A stretch of 64,000 bases of DNA from Selaginella moellendorffii (lineage: Eukaryota > Plantae > Lycopodiophyta). Position 1 is the stretch's first letter, and each line of letters starts with the position of its first letter. The DNA lies in NCBI RefSeq assembly GCF_000143415.4, contig NW_003314270.1, forward strand, positions 2,101,048 to 2,165,047. The letters are read 5' to 3'. The notes beneath the pieces are model-generated. The model worked only from the letters and a program-made list of their open reading frames with translations, was not told the DNA's origin and did not search any database. Position numbers and translations under genes: made by a program. Below are positions 12,637-25,289 of the stretch, in pieces.

Positions 12637-15600
12637 TGTTCCTTAGTCCGACTTTTATTGGTGCTCAAGTATATCACCACTAGTGTTGGCATCGGAAGGT
12701 CCGAGTAGTGGGCCTATCCTTGAGGAGTAGCAAGTCGGGAAGACATGGCTCTCCATTATAGTTCATGTGTGAACTTGTAGACGGGGTGGTGGATAGAAAA
12801 GGGCCAATAATGGAACGACTTTGGGATCTTGGGAACAGTATATGGTTTTCCTCAAAAAAAAAAAAGTTGAGGATGTGATCCAGATGAGCGTTTGACTTAG
12901 CAAACTGGCTAATGTAGTTGTGGTAAACAACTACAGTTGGGATCACGGGAAAGATAAAGACTCCAACGCAATAAAGGAGTCACAAGATTTTCCTCATATA
13001 GTTGAGGTTGGTGCTCATGAATGTGAGACCAGAAGTAATGACCGTGGGAGGTCAAATATGGAAGAGGACTCAAGCCCTTGAAAAGGTAGCCGGGGCTACC
13101 TCTAATAAATGCTGGAACAACCCAAGGAGTTGGGGGTGTATTAAGTGGATGAATTGGTATTCTCATCACATGGACAAGTAGTCCTAAAGGGCAAAGGTTG
13201 ACCCCAGAGAACAAAATCAAGTGTCGGAGTAACACTTGTGAAAATAGTCCTTTTGAGTAGGACAGGAATGCAAGAAGTGTATTCCAGTGAGCTAGCGCCT
13301 CACAAGTAGGACCTTACGGGTCTGTAGATTAACCAAGTCCAAAACTGTTGGATGACTCAAGTAGAGTCAACGGATGGTCCTGAAAGGACTGATAGAAGCA
13401 TTTGGACTGAGGTGTGTTGTACCCCACAAAGGATGGGGGGGGATTATAGGATCCAAGGATGAGAACAGAGGGTATCTCATCAATAGCAGAATGTGCCATG
13501 CTAAAGTTATGGGAAAGGTGTTCCCAGAAGAAAACAACTTTGACATAAAGTTGTGTGTGACCTCTATGGTGCAGTGCTAACGGATGGTTGGCATAAGAAA
13601 GAGCGGTGTTGGTCTTGGCAAAGACTTAGACACGAAGGGGAAATGTCATAGAGGTAGGCTCATAGAGCCGATGGTGTGGAGACACCAAATGTGCCAAGGT
13701 GTGATACCTTGAGGCTATGTTGGTGGGTTCATGAGAACCCCTTGCCAAAGGAATCCCAATGGAAATGGGAATAGCATAGCCTAAGTTGCAGAGCATGCAG
13801 TTGGAGTGTGGTGACCCAGATAATGATGGAGGTGTGAAAGCACCAAGCAATGAGTTGTAGGACTTGACAACTATGAGGCAACTAAGCAAGAGGTGCAAAA
13901 TAACTGGTTAAACAGGTAGAAGGTAGCTACCCAAGACTTCTTAATAGCATAGGGAAGTTGGATATACCCTTACGGGGGATAAGTTGCTTGTGTTGCGATA
14001 TAGTAAGTCAATGTCATAAAAGGAAATACTCATTGTCAAGAAAGCCATCATTGGGACACCCGAACACTCTAGAACACCAGAAGGTGGTGTTTGATGTCGC
14101 GAGGGCAATGGATAAAGCCCAAGGGACTAAGTCCCTAGCGAATGATGGATAGAAGGTGCTATCCAAATGTCCAAGGTTGCGGAGACAGGAGAGGACTGTC
14201 TACCCGAGTTGGACAAAGCCAAAAATGGAATTTTGGCAAGGCTAGTGATGGGCATGTAAAGGCCCATAAGCAACCATGTAATCCCAGTGTGTGGGATTAT
14301 AAGGTGAGTATGCCCGGATTGAGGAACCACTCCCTAGGCTATTGGGTAGGTTCATCCCTAAGAATACTTGCTAAAGCAAGATAGAAAGTGCAAAGCTATC
14401 CTCCGGGTCTGGAGGAGAATGACCAAAGGAAAGGTGTGAAGCCAAAAAGCAAGAAATAAGGGGATAGAACCGAACCGTAGGAATCAAAGGGCATAACCAA
14501 GGTTGGTTATGCCAGCTGGGAGTGGAGAATCAAGTGGGGGCTCGAGGGTGTTGCCGCTAGCAACCGTGATGCCATGGAAAGTCTAAAATGTGGAATTGTC
14601 CATGTTAGACTATGTGGCATTTGGAAGGCTTGCAAAAAGGGAGGCCTTAGCAAGCTGAGGGACAGAGTTCCTTCAAGGTTCCCAAAGACGATTCTAGGTA
14701 GCTTAGTACCTAGAAAGGCCAAGTGTAAATGGTTCATGGGACGCGCGAAATCAGAGTGGCGCAGCAGAAGCGTGGTCTTGAAGCTTGCCATGAGGCAAGG
14801 CTATCAAGGTTAGGGAAGTAGTTCCCGAGTGTTCAAAGAGAGGGCTTTGAACGAAAGTCGATGGTCAAGGACTTTCACGCTTATGCAGGAACCATGTTAC
14901 AGTGGTCGGAGGACTTGCCAAGCGAGATTGGCACGTCGAGGGAACAAATACCCTAGTTGAAGGTGATAACTTCAAAAAGGGTGGGCCATGGGGCCGAGCA
15001 TGGAGGAGTCCATGCATGATCACAGACATGTCAAGTGAGAGGACTTGGCAGTGTGGAGGAACTAGGTTCCTCAGCTGTGATCTATAGCGCGCTTTAAAAA
15101 TAAGTTGGTGCACCGGCGTGGGGAGTCACGCCAGGCATCTTGTGTGATGCCGTCCGTAGATACATATACGGAGGTTGGGTTCGAGTTCCAACCCTCTAGT
15201 GCTTGGGTTCGAGTCCCAAATCACTAGGGCGTGGTGATGGTTTGGAATATGAGGACACTCATATTTCGGTGGTCATTGACTCTCAGTGGGGAGACTGGTT
15301 TGGGCACACCGCCAAGCGAGGGATGCCTCGGAGTCGTGATGCACGGTTAGATTGCTTAGTGTGAAAGCTCAGCATATCTAACTTGAACGCTTTGGTGCAA
15401 GTGGCACCAAGGTCGTGGTGAGTGAGATGGGGACACCTAATCTCCGTTGCTATGAACCCTTGGCCGTAAGGGCTGGCTTGGGTGCACCGCCAAGTGTGGG
15501 GGATGCCCCAGGGTTATAGTCAACAACTTGGAGGTCTAGAAGACCAAGTACCTCTTGGCAACTCTGTTAAGGTGCCAAGGTGAGATCACTAGGTGATCTT

Positions 15601-16727
15601 ATGGCCAGATAAGGACAAGGTCCTTGGTTGGCTAAGGAATGAAGTTCCTGGTTCAAAATGTTGAAATTGAACTGTTTAAGGTGGTGTGGCTTGGTCGTGA
15701 TGACCAAGTGGGAAGAGCATCTAAGGGAAATAAACTATGTCCGTGAGATGGCATAGTGAGTCCGAGGAAAGTAGTCTCTATAAAAGACCCATGGGAGGGT
15801 CACGAAGTTGGGCCGTGGATAGAGCCCATAGCAGAAGATGCTAAAGAGACGTACTAGGGGTGAACATCCTCCGGACTTGGCAAAGAAGAGTCTTTGCTAT
15901 GGAACCGAAACAATACCTCAAGGAGGGAGGTAGAGATTCGATGTTGCTTGGTGCAACAATCAACGGATAGGAGCAAAAGATGACTGGCCAAGATAGGGCC
16001 ATGGAATCCCTTGGGGGGAATCCAAATGACAAAGTTAGGCGAGGAACACTAATGTGTTGGACGCTAACAAGTTGCGGGAAAGGAAGTGTGTTTCCAAGGA
16101 GGGATTCCGAAATGCTCCGGTTTGGCGAAAGTGGAAGCTCCAAGGGAGGGAGCGGTAAGGTAGCCAAATGATAGGGCCATGAACAGCCCTAGCACAAAGT
16201 ATGATAACTGGAACTTTGGCACGAAATAGAAGAGAGGATGATGGTGCCCTCGAGTAAAGAACTTCCTAGGATGGGAAGTGGAGTTGCACAAAAGGTGCAA
16301 GGCAAGGTGTCGGAGACACCTAGGAAATTGACTCCAAGAAGTCAAAATTCAAAGTTCCAAAGTGCAAAGGTTATATCGATGGAAATTGAGACTACTCGAG
16401 AAGGAGTAGTGGGATTGACTTAGAGAAGGGTCTCTAAGAGGTTTAGCGAGAACTAAACCAATAAAAGGAGAGAACCACTATATGTGGTCCAATCAGTCTC
16501 TAAGTTGAAGAGACTACCCTTCTTAGAGGATATGCAAAAGGCATGGTGAGCCTTCAATGTCCAACCATTGACGAATATGGAGAAGGCATGGTGAGCCTTC
16601 AATGTCACACCATTGACAAATATTGGCTACGCGCCAAGGATGGAAATGGTAACACATGCGGGTGTTACTTTATAAAATGGTTCACTGTTCGATGAGGACA
16701 TCGAACTTCGTCTATGGGTGGTGGAGT

Positions 16728-17374
16728 TGTGAGACACAAAATCCCTAGGCCCCAAAGTGGAGCCGGAAGGGCGCCACATGGTAGTGGCCGAAGCGAGAGC
16801 CAAACGAGCGTAACACGTTTGGACCAAAAGCTCCGACTTGAAAAGTCAAGAGCGGGAGTGGAACTCCCAACGAAGTGCTCGAGGAACGAGCACGAAGCGA
16901 GCAAAAGGCGAGGCTCCAAAAAGGGACCCAAAAGGACCAACACATGACACGTGGGAGTGTCCGAGATGGAGTCCGAAGTGGAGTCCGAGATGGACCCGAG
17001 TTGGAGTCCGAAGTGGAGTCCGAGATGGACCCGAGATGGACCCGAAATGGAGTCCGAAATGGAGTCCGAGATGGACCCGAGATGGACCCGAGATGGAGTC
17101 CGAGATGGAGTCTGAAATGGAGTCTGAGATGGACCCGAATGGAGTCCGAGATGGAGTCCGAGATGGAGTCCGAGATGGACCCGAGATGGACCCGAAATGG
17201 AGTCTGAGATGGAGTCCGAGATGGACCCGAAATGGAGTCCGAGATGGAGTCCGAGATGGACCCGAGATGGAGTCCGAGATGGAGTCCGAGATGGGCCCGA
17301 GATGGACCCGAGATGGAGTCTGAGATGGAGTCCGAGATGGAGTCCGAGATGGAGTCCGAGATGGAGTCCGAAGT

Positions 17375-17409
<35 letters not shown>

Positions 17410-18518
17410 TCGGGACCGAGACCGAGACCGAGGCCGAGGCCGAGACCGAGCCCAAGCCCGAGTCTGAGTCCGAATCCGAATCCGAGTCCGAGTCCGAGTC
17501 CGAGTCCGAGTCCGGAGCCTGAGAGGGTGAAAGCCCAAAGCGTTCGTCTCCCAGACCCTGGGGGGTTTGGTGAGCTCCAAAAGTATAGTAGGGGGAGGAC
17601 TGCAGTGGAGCCAGTTTGGCCAGGAAAGGCCAGTTTGGCCCAGGAAGGCCAGACCCAGTGTTGGGTGATGAACTGACCACTGGGAAGTCCAAGACTAGAG
17701 TGAATACGGACCGACAAGCGGGGTAGCTTGGTGAAGTGTTCAAGAGCCGGCTCTAGTTCCCCCGGGAGATCGACTGGCCGATGCTCCCAGTCCAAGTGTG
17801 GGTGGCACTACCTACTTGGATACCAGGCGTGGCTCAACGGAACCTCGCTCTAAGCCCATGGCTAGAGCACCCAAAGGCGATAGGTGGGGAGAGTAACCAG
17901 GTGGCTTGCGTAAGGCCACGGTGTTCCGAAATGTCGTCCCAAAGGCCCAGACTGTGGAAAGGAAGAGGAGCAGTCCTCTGGGGTAGTGACCAAGGACACA
18001 GTCGTGTGGTGAGGAAGTCCCAGAGGACCGTGGGACTTAGTGGTCGAGCCTGTGGGCCTCGATCCAGTGGCAGTGTTGGCAAACACGGCCAGGGGCAGAA
18101 AGGGACTTGGTAGGAACTGACAAAGGGACTTTGGGGAAGGCGATTCCCCAGGTCTGTGGGCATCCTAAGGATGCTAAGGAATGGATCTAGGATGACCCCT
18201 CGTAGATAGATGGCCCAGTCTTGGAGAGACGGGATGGTGATGCAAGTGGTATTGGACCATTTGCGCAGCAAAGGTGAATGGGCATGGCCTTAGCGTAACG
18301 GGCCGAGATGTCAGTGGTACCTTTGGGTGTCAGTCATGGGATCGGACACGTGGAGCACTTGGACCAAGTGCAAAGGTTGAGTGGCATGGATGCCACTCTC
18401 GGGGATAGCAAGCCCCAAGTCCTGAATGGGACTTATGGAGGTTGTGAATGAGACTCCTCCAAGTGGTCGGAGGTGTGGTTAAGTGACTAAAGTAGAATGG
18501 AAAAATTAGTCGCTTACA
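16728..18518 (+). repeat. LTR 2, shared central LTR (1791 bp)
   Basis: Same termini; preceded by PPT and followed by PBS. Confidence 0.93.
16960..17516 (+). repeat. LTR-internal VNTR (copy 2, expanded)
   Basis: Same units, ~280 bp longer than in LTR1. Confidence 0.95.
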
Positions 18519-21500
18519 ATTTGGTCTCGGAGCTGTTCCTTAGTCCGACTTTTATTGGTGCTCAAGTATATCACCACTAGTGTTGGCATCGGAAGGTCCG
18601 AGTAGTGGGCCTATCCTTGAGGAGTAGCAAGTCGGGAAGACATGGCTCTCCATTATAGTTCATGTGTGAACTTGTAGACGGGGTGGTGGATAGAAAAGGG
18701 CCAATAATGGAACGACTTTGGGATCTTGGGAACAGTATATGGTTTTCCTCAAAAAAAAAAAAGTTGAGGATGTGATCCAGATGAGCGTTTGACTTAGCAA
18801 ACTGGCTAATGTAGTTGTGGTAAACAACTACAGTTGGGATCACGGGAAAGATAAAGACTCCAACGCAATAAAGGAGTCACAAGATTTTCCTCATATAGTT
18901 GAGGTTGGTGCTCATGAATGTGAGACCAGAAGTAATGACCGTGGGAGGTCAAATATGGAAGAGGACTCAAGCCCTTGAAAAGGTAGCCGGGGCTACCTCT
19001 AATAAATGCTGGAACAACCCAAGGAGTTGGGGGTGTATTAAGTGGATGAATTGGTATTCTCATCACATGGACAAGTAGTCCTAAAGGGCAAAGGTTGCCC
19101 CCAGAGAACAAAATCAAGTGTCGGAGTAACACTTGTGAAAATAGTCCTTTTGAGTAGGACAGGAATGCAAGAAGTGTATTCCAGTGAGCTAGCGCCTCAC
19201 AAGTAGGACCTTACGGGTCTGTAGATTAACCAAGTCCAAAACTGTTGGATGACTCAAGTAGAGTCAACGGATGGTCCTGAAAGGACTGATAGAAGCATTT
19301 GGACTGAGGTGTGTTGTACCCCACAAAGGATGGGGGGGGATTATAGGATCCAAGGATGAGAACAGAGGGTATCTCATCAATAGCAGAATGTGCCATGCTA
19401 AAGTTATGGGAAAGGTGTTCCCAGAAGAAAACAACTTTGACATAAAGTTGTGTGTGACCTCTATGGTGCAGTGCTAACGGATGGTTGGCATAAGAAAGAG
19501 CGGTGTTGGTCTTGGCAAAGACTTAGACACGAAGGGGAAATGTCATAGAGGTAGGCTCATAGAGCCGATGGTGTGGAGACACCAAATGTGCCAAGGTGTG
19601 ATACCTTGAGGCTATGTTGGTGGGTTCATGAGAACCCCTTGCCAAAGGAATCCCAATGGAAATGGGAATAGCATAGCCTAAGTTGCAGAGCATGCAGTTG
19701 GAGTGTGGTGACCCAGATAATGATGGAGGTGTGAAAGCACCAAGCAATGAGTTGTAGGACTTGACAACTATGAGGCAACTAAGCAAGAGGTGCAAAATAA
19801 CTGGTTAAACAGGTAGAAGGTAGCTACCCAAGACTTCTTAATAGCATAGGGAAGTTGGATATACCCTTACGGGGGATAAGTTGCTTGTGTTGCGATATAG
19901 TAAGTCAATGTCATAAAAGGAAATACTCATTGTCAAGAAAGCCATCATTGGGACACCCGAACACTCTAGAACACCAGAAGGTGGTGTTTGATGTCGCGAG
20001 GGCAATGGATAAAGCCCAAGGGACTAAGTCCCTAGCGAATGATGGATAGAAGGTGCTATCCAAATGTCCAAGGTTGCGGAGACAGGAGAGGACTGTCTAC
20101 CCGAGTTGGACAAAGCCAAAAATGGAATTTTGGCAAGGCTAGTGATGGGCATGTAAAGGCCCATAAGCAACCATGTAATCCCAGTGTGTGGGATTATAAG
20201 GTGAGTATGCCCGGATTGAGGAACCACTCCCTAGGCTATTGGGTAGGTTCATCCCTAAGAATACTTGCTAAAGCAAGATAGAAAGTGCAAAGCTATCCTC
20301 CGGGTCTGGAGGAGAATGACCAAAGGAAAGGTGTGAAGCCAAAAAGCAAGAAATAAGGGGATAGAACCGAACCGTAGGAATCAAAGGGCATAACCAAGGT
20401 TGGTTATGCCAGCTGGGAGTGGAGAATCAAGTGGGGGCTCGAGGGTGTTGCCGCTAGCAACCGTGATGCCATGGAAAGTCTAAAATGTGGAATTGTCCAT
20501 GTTAGACTATGTGGCATTTGGAAGGCTTGCAAAAAGGGAGGCCTTAGCAAGCTGAGGGACAGAGTTCCTTCAAGGTTCCCAAAGACGATTCTAGGTAGCT
20601 TAGTACCTAGAAAGGCCAAGTGTAAATGGTTCATGGGACGCGCGAAATCAGAGTGGCGCAGCAGAAGCGTGGTCTTGAAGCTTGCCATGAGGCAAGGCTA
20701 TCAAGGTTAGGGAAGTAGTTCCCGAGTGTTCAAAGAGAGGGCTTTGAACGAAAGTCGATGGTCAAGGACTTTCACGCTTATGCAGGAACCATGTTACAGT
20801 GGTCGGAGGACTTGCCAAGCGAGATTGGCACGTCGAGGGAACAAATACCCTAGTTGAAGGTGATAACTTCAAAAAGGGTGGGCCATGGGGCCGAGCATGG
20901 AGGAGTCCATGCATGATCACAGACATGTCAAGTGAGAGGACTTGGCAGTGTGGAGGAACTAGGTTCCTCAGCTGTGATCTATAGCGCGCTTTAAAAATAA
21001 GTTGGTGCACCGGCGTGGGGAGTCACGCCAGGCATCTTGTGTGATGCCGTCCGTAGATACATATACGGAGGTTGGGTTCGAGTTCCAACCCTCTAGTGCT
21101 TGGGTTCGAGTCCCAAATCACTAGGGCGTGGTGATGGTTTGGAATATGAGGACACTCATATTTCGGTGGTCATTGACTCTCAGTGGGGAGACTGGTTTGG
21201 GCACACCGCCAAGCGAGGGATGCCTCGGAGTCGTGATGCACGGTTAGATTGCTTAGTGTGAAAGCTCAGCATATCTAACTTGAACGCTTTGGTGCAAGTG
21301 GCACCAAGGTCGTGGTGAGTGAGATGGGGACACCTAATCTCCGTTGCTATGAACCCTTGGCCGTAAGGGCTGGCTTGGGTGCACCGCCAAGTGTGGGGGA
21401 TGCCCCAGGGTTATAGTCAACAACTTGGAGGTCTAGAAGACCAAGTACCTCTTGGCAACTCTGTTAAGGTGCCAAGGTGAGATCACTAGGTGATCTTATG

Positions 21501-22624
21501 GCCAGATAAGGACAAGGTCCTTGGTTGGCTAAGGAATGAAGTTCCTGGTTCAAAATGTTGAAATTGAACTGTTTAAGGTGGTGTGGCTTGGTCGTGATGA
21601 CCAAGTGGGAAGAGCATCTAAGGGAAATAAACTATGTCCGTGAGATGGCATAGTGAGTCCGAGGAAAGTAGTCTCTATAAAAGACCCATGGGAGGGTCAC
21701 GAAGTTGGGCCGTGGATAGAGCCCATAGCAGAAGATGCTAAAGAGACGTACTAGGGGTGAACATCCTCCGGACTTGGCAAAGAAGAGTCTTTGCTATGGA
21801 ACCGAAACAATACCTCAAGGAGGGAGGTAGAGATTCGATGTTGCTTGGTGCAACAATCAACGGATAGGAGCAAAAGATGACTGGCCAAGATAGGGCCGTG
21901 GAATCCCTTGGGGGGAATCCAAATGACAAAGTTAGGCGAGGAACACTAATGTGTTGGACGCTAACAAGTTGCGGGAAAGGAAGTGTGTTTCCAAGGAGGG
22001 ATTCCGAAATGCTCCGGTTTGGCGAAAGTGGAAGCTCCAAGGGAGGGAGCGGTAAGGTAGCCAAATGATAGGGCCATGAACAGCCCTAGCACAAAGTATG
22101 ATAACTGGAACTTTGGCACGAAATAGAAGAGAGGATGATGGTGCCCTCGAGTAAAGAACTTCCTAGGATGGGAAGTGGAGTTGCACAAAAGGTGCAAGGC
22201 AAGGTGTCGGAGACACCTAGGAAATTGACTCCAAGAAGTCAAAATTCAAAGTTCCAAAGTGCAAAGGTTATATCGATGGAAATTGAGACTACTCGAGAAG
22301 GAGTAGTGGGATTGACTTAGAGAAGGGTCTCTAAGAGGTTTAGCGAGAACTAAACCAATAAAAGGAGAGAACCACTATATGTGGTCCAATCAGTCTCTAA
22401 GTTGAAGAGACTACCCTTCTTAGAGGATATGCAAAAGGCATGGTGAGCCTTCAATGTCCAACCATTGACGAATATGGAGAAGGCATGGTGAGCCTTCAAT
22501 GTCACACCATTGACAAATATTGGCTACGCGCCAAGGATGGAAATGGTAACACATGCGGGTGTTACTTTATAAAATGGTTCACTGTTCGATGAGGACATCG
22601 AACTTCGTCTATGGGTGGTGGAGT

Positions 22625-23248
22625 TGTGAGACACAAAATCCCTAGGCCCCAAAGTGGAGCCGGAAGGGCGCCACATGGTAGTGGCCGAAGCGAGAGCCAA
22701 ACGAGCGTAACACGTTTGGACCAAAAGCTCCGACTTGAAAAGTCAAGAGCGGGAGTGGAACTCCCAACGAAGTGCTCGAGGAACGAGCACGAAGCGAGCA
22801 AAAGGCGAGGCTCCAAAAAGGGACCCAAAAGGACCAACACATGACACGTGGGAGTGTCCGAGATGGAGTCCGAAGTGGAGTCCGAGATGGACCCGAGTTG
22901 GAGTCCGAAGTGGAGTCCGAGATGGACCCGAGATGGACCCGAAATGGAGTCCGAAATGGAGTCCGAGATGGACCCAAGTTGGAGTCCGAAGTGGAGTCCG
23001 AGATGGAGTCTGAAATGGAGTCTGAGATGGACCCGAATGGAGTCCGAGGTGGACCCGAGATGGACCCGAGTTGGAGTCCGAAGTGGAGTCCGAGATGGAC
23101 CCGAAATGGAGTCCGAGATGGAGTCCGAGATGGACCCGAGATGGAGTCCGAGATGGAGTCCGAGATGGGCCCGAGATGGACCCAAGATGGAGTCTGAGAT
23201 GGAGTCCGAGATGGAGTCCGAGATGGAGTCCGAGATGGAGTCCGAAGT

Positions 23249-23283
<35 letters not shown>

Positions 23284-24392
23284 TCGGGACCGAGACCGAG
23301 ACCGAGGCCGAGGCCGAGACCGAGCCCAAGCCCGAGTCCGAGTCCGAATCCGAATCCGAGTCCGAGTCCGAGTCCGAGTCCGAGTCCGGAGCCTGAGAGG
23401 GTGAAAGCCCAAAGCGTTCGTCTCCCAGACCCTGGGGGGTTTGGTGAGCTCCAAAAGTATAGTAGGGGGAGGACTGCAGTGGAGCCAGTTTGGCCAGGAA
23501 AGGCCAGTTTGGCCCAGGAAGGCCAGACCCAGTGTTGGGTGATGAACTGACCACTGGGAAGTCCAAGACTAGAGTGAATACGGACCGACAAGCGGGGTAG
23601 CTTGGTGAAGTGTTCAAGAGCCGGCTCTAGTTCCCCCGGGAGATCGACTGGCCGATGCTCCCAGTCCAAGTGTGGGTGGCACTACCTACTTGGATACCAG
23701 GCGTGGCTCAACGGAACCTCGCTCTAAGCCCATGGCTAGAGCACCCAAAGGCGATAGGTGGGGAGAGTAACCAGGTGGCTTGCGTAAGGCCACGGTGTTC
23801 CGAAATGTCGTCCCAAAGGCCCAGACTGTGGAAAGGAAGAGGAGCAGTCCTCTGGGGTAGTGACCAAGGACACAGTCGTGTGGTGAGGAAGTCCCAGAGG
23901 ACCGTGGGACTTAGTGGTCGAGCCTGTGGGCCTCGATCCAGTGGCAGTGTTGGCAAACACGGCCAGGGGCAGAAAGGGACTTGGTAGGAACTGACAAAGG
24001 GACTTTGGGGAAGGCGATTCCCCAGGTCTGTGGGCATCCTAAGGATGCTAAGGAGTGGATCCAGGATGACCCCTCGTAGATAGATGGCCCAGTCTTGGAG
24101 AGACGGGATGGTGATGCAAGTGGTATTGGACCATTTGCGCAGCAAAGGTGAATGGGCATGGCCTTAGCGTAACGGGCCGAGATGTCAGTGGTACCTTTGG
24201 GTGTCAGTCATGGGATCGGACACGTGGAGCACTTGGACCAAGTGCAAAGGTTGAGTGGCATGGATGCCACTCTCGGGGATAGCAAGCCCCAAGTCCTGAA
24301 TGGGACTTATGGAGGTTGTGAATGAGACTCCTCCAAGTGGTCGGAGGTGTGGTTAAGTGACTAAAGTAGAATGGAAAAATTAGTCGCTTACA
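22625..24392 (+). repeat. LTR 3 (1768 bp)
   Basis: Same termini; preceded by PPT and followed by the TSD. Confidence 0.93.
22857..23390 (+). repeat. LTR-internal VNTR (copy 3)
   Basis: Same units, different order and number from copies 1 and 2. Confidence 0.95.
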
Positions 24393-24397
24393 CTCTG

Positions 24398-25260
24398 GTT
24401 GACTTGGTTATTTTGTTGGCTTGCACTTGCTAGTTGCTAATGTTAGGAATTCATGATATTAAGTTTAGTGCTTCAATACTTGCTAAGTGATAGCATATTG
24501 TGTTCACTAAGACACTTTCATTATCATTCCCCCATATGTTTGTTCTGTTTGTTTCCATTAGCTATTTATAGAAAGTGTCTAGATTTACTAGTTTAACATA
24601 TTTATAAAATGTAAGTCCTAAACATGATGGTGCTGTTCCTTTGTCTAAATTTACAATTTAGTGTTATTCCATATTTAGTAAATTTTTATTATTGTTCCAA
24701 AAATTAACTTTTAGGACTAAACATCAAATGTATAATAGGGATAATGGGGTAGGTTAAGCATGGCTAACTAACCTAAAGTATAGTTTAACTTTCTTTTGTA
24801 TGCTTATTCTTGTTTTGTGTTTGACTTGGGTCTATGCCCAAGTTCTATACCATGCTAATTAGTGGTGTACCCATATCCTTTTGTTAGGCCACTAATATGT
24901 TAAAATATCGTTAAATTTCATTTGGTTCTATTTTGCATACTAGTTTTAGCAATGGAATGTTAGAAGCTCTAAGACTGTCCTAATATTGCTTTGTGCTTTT
25001 GTCGCTCACTCCTTGGGATGTATGCTCAGGAGTTACTCCGTGCTCTTGTCCCTTTACTCATTGAGTTGTACACTTGAGAGTTGTTTCATGCTTAGGTTTC
25101 TTTGCTCTTTAGCTCCATATTTAAGAGTTTGGATTTGTCCCTTAGGTCTTGAAACTCACTCCACTACCCTTTGACACATGGCTGAAGGTTATGGTTCTGC
25201 TCAATGGTTTTCCTATAATAAATCACCACAAAGTAAAAGGTGCAAACCACATGTGCTACA
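24398..25260 (-). mobile_element. Truncated, decayed LTR-family-B copy
   Basis: Reverse complement begins TGTAGCACATGTGGTTTGCACC at 25260 and aligns with 8679-10100 minus the duplication. Confidence 0.8.
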
Positions 25261-25289
25261 CTAGTGCATTTGCGATTGCTATTAAGTAC

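Larger units (their letters stand above)
11110..24392 (+). mobile_element. Young non-autonomous Gypsy-type LTR element (LARD-like) in LTR-internal-LTR-internal-LTR tandem form
   Basis: Perfect TSD CTCTG (11105-11109 and 24393-24397). Three TG...CA LTRs. Two 4106-bp internal domains (12622-16727, 18519-22624) at an offset of 5897 bp. PBS-like TGGTCTCGGAGC after LTR1 and LTR2; GAGGAC...GGGTGGTGGAGT PPT before LTR2 and LTR3. No gag/pol ORF. Confidence 0.93.

Noticed and set aside
15173-15227. tRNA gene
   Set aside because: Only T-arm-like hairpins; no D arm, anticodon arm or acceptor stem in cloverleaf order.
15980-16171. Faint integrase-like peptide (AMESLGG...TLMCWTLTS) in the internal domain of the young element
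   Set aside because: Too weak to call by eye and no catalytic motif is intact; it needs a frameshift-aware profile search.
16537-16626. ~45-bp direct repeat pair (AAGGCATGGTGAGCCTTCAATGTC) and LTR VNTRs resembling a CRISPR array
   Set aside because: Simple tandem duplications with no unique spacers, in a eukaryotic context with no cas genes.
10987-23669. Long low-complexity ORFs (300-376 aa; GLGLG, SDSDS, RPRPR, MESE repeats)
   Set aside because: They arise in several frames on both strands from the stop-poor 6/12-bp VNTR in the LTRs, and their frames differ between LTR copies, so they are not conserved proteins.
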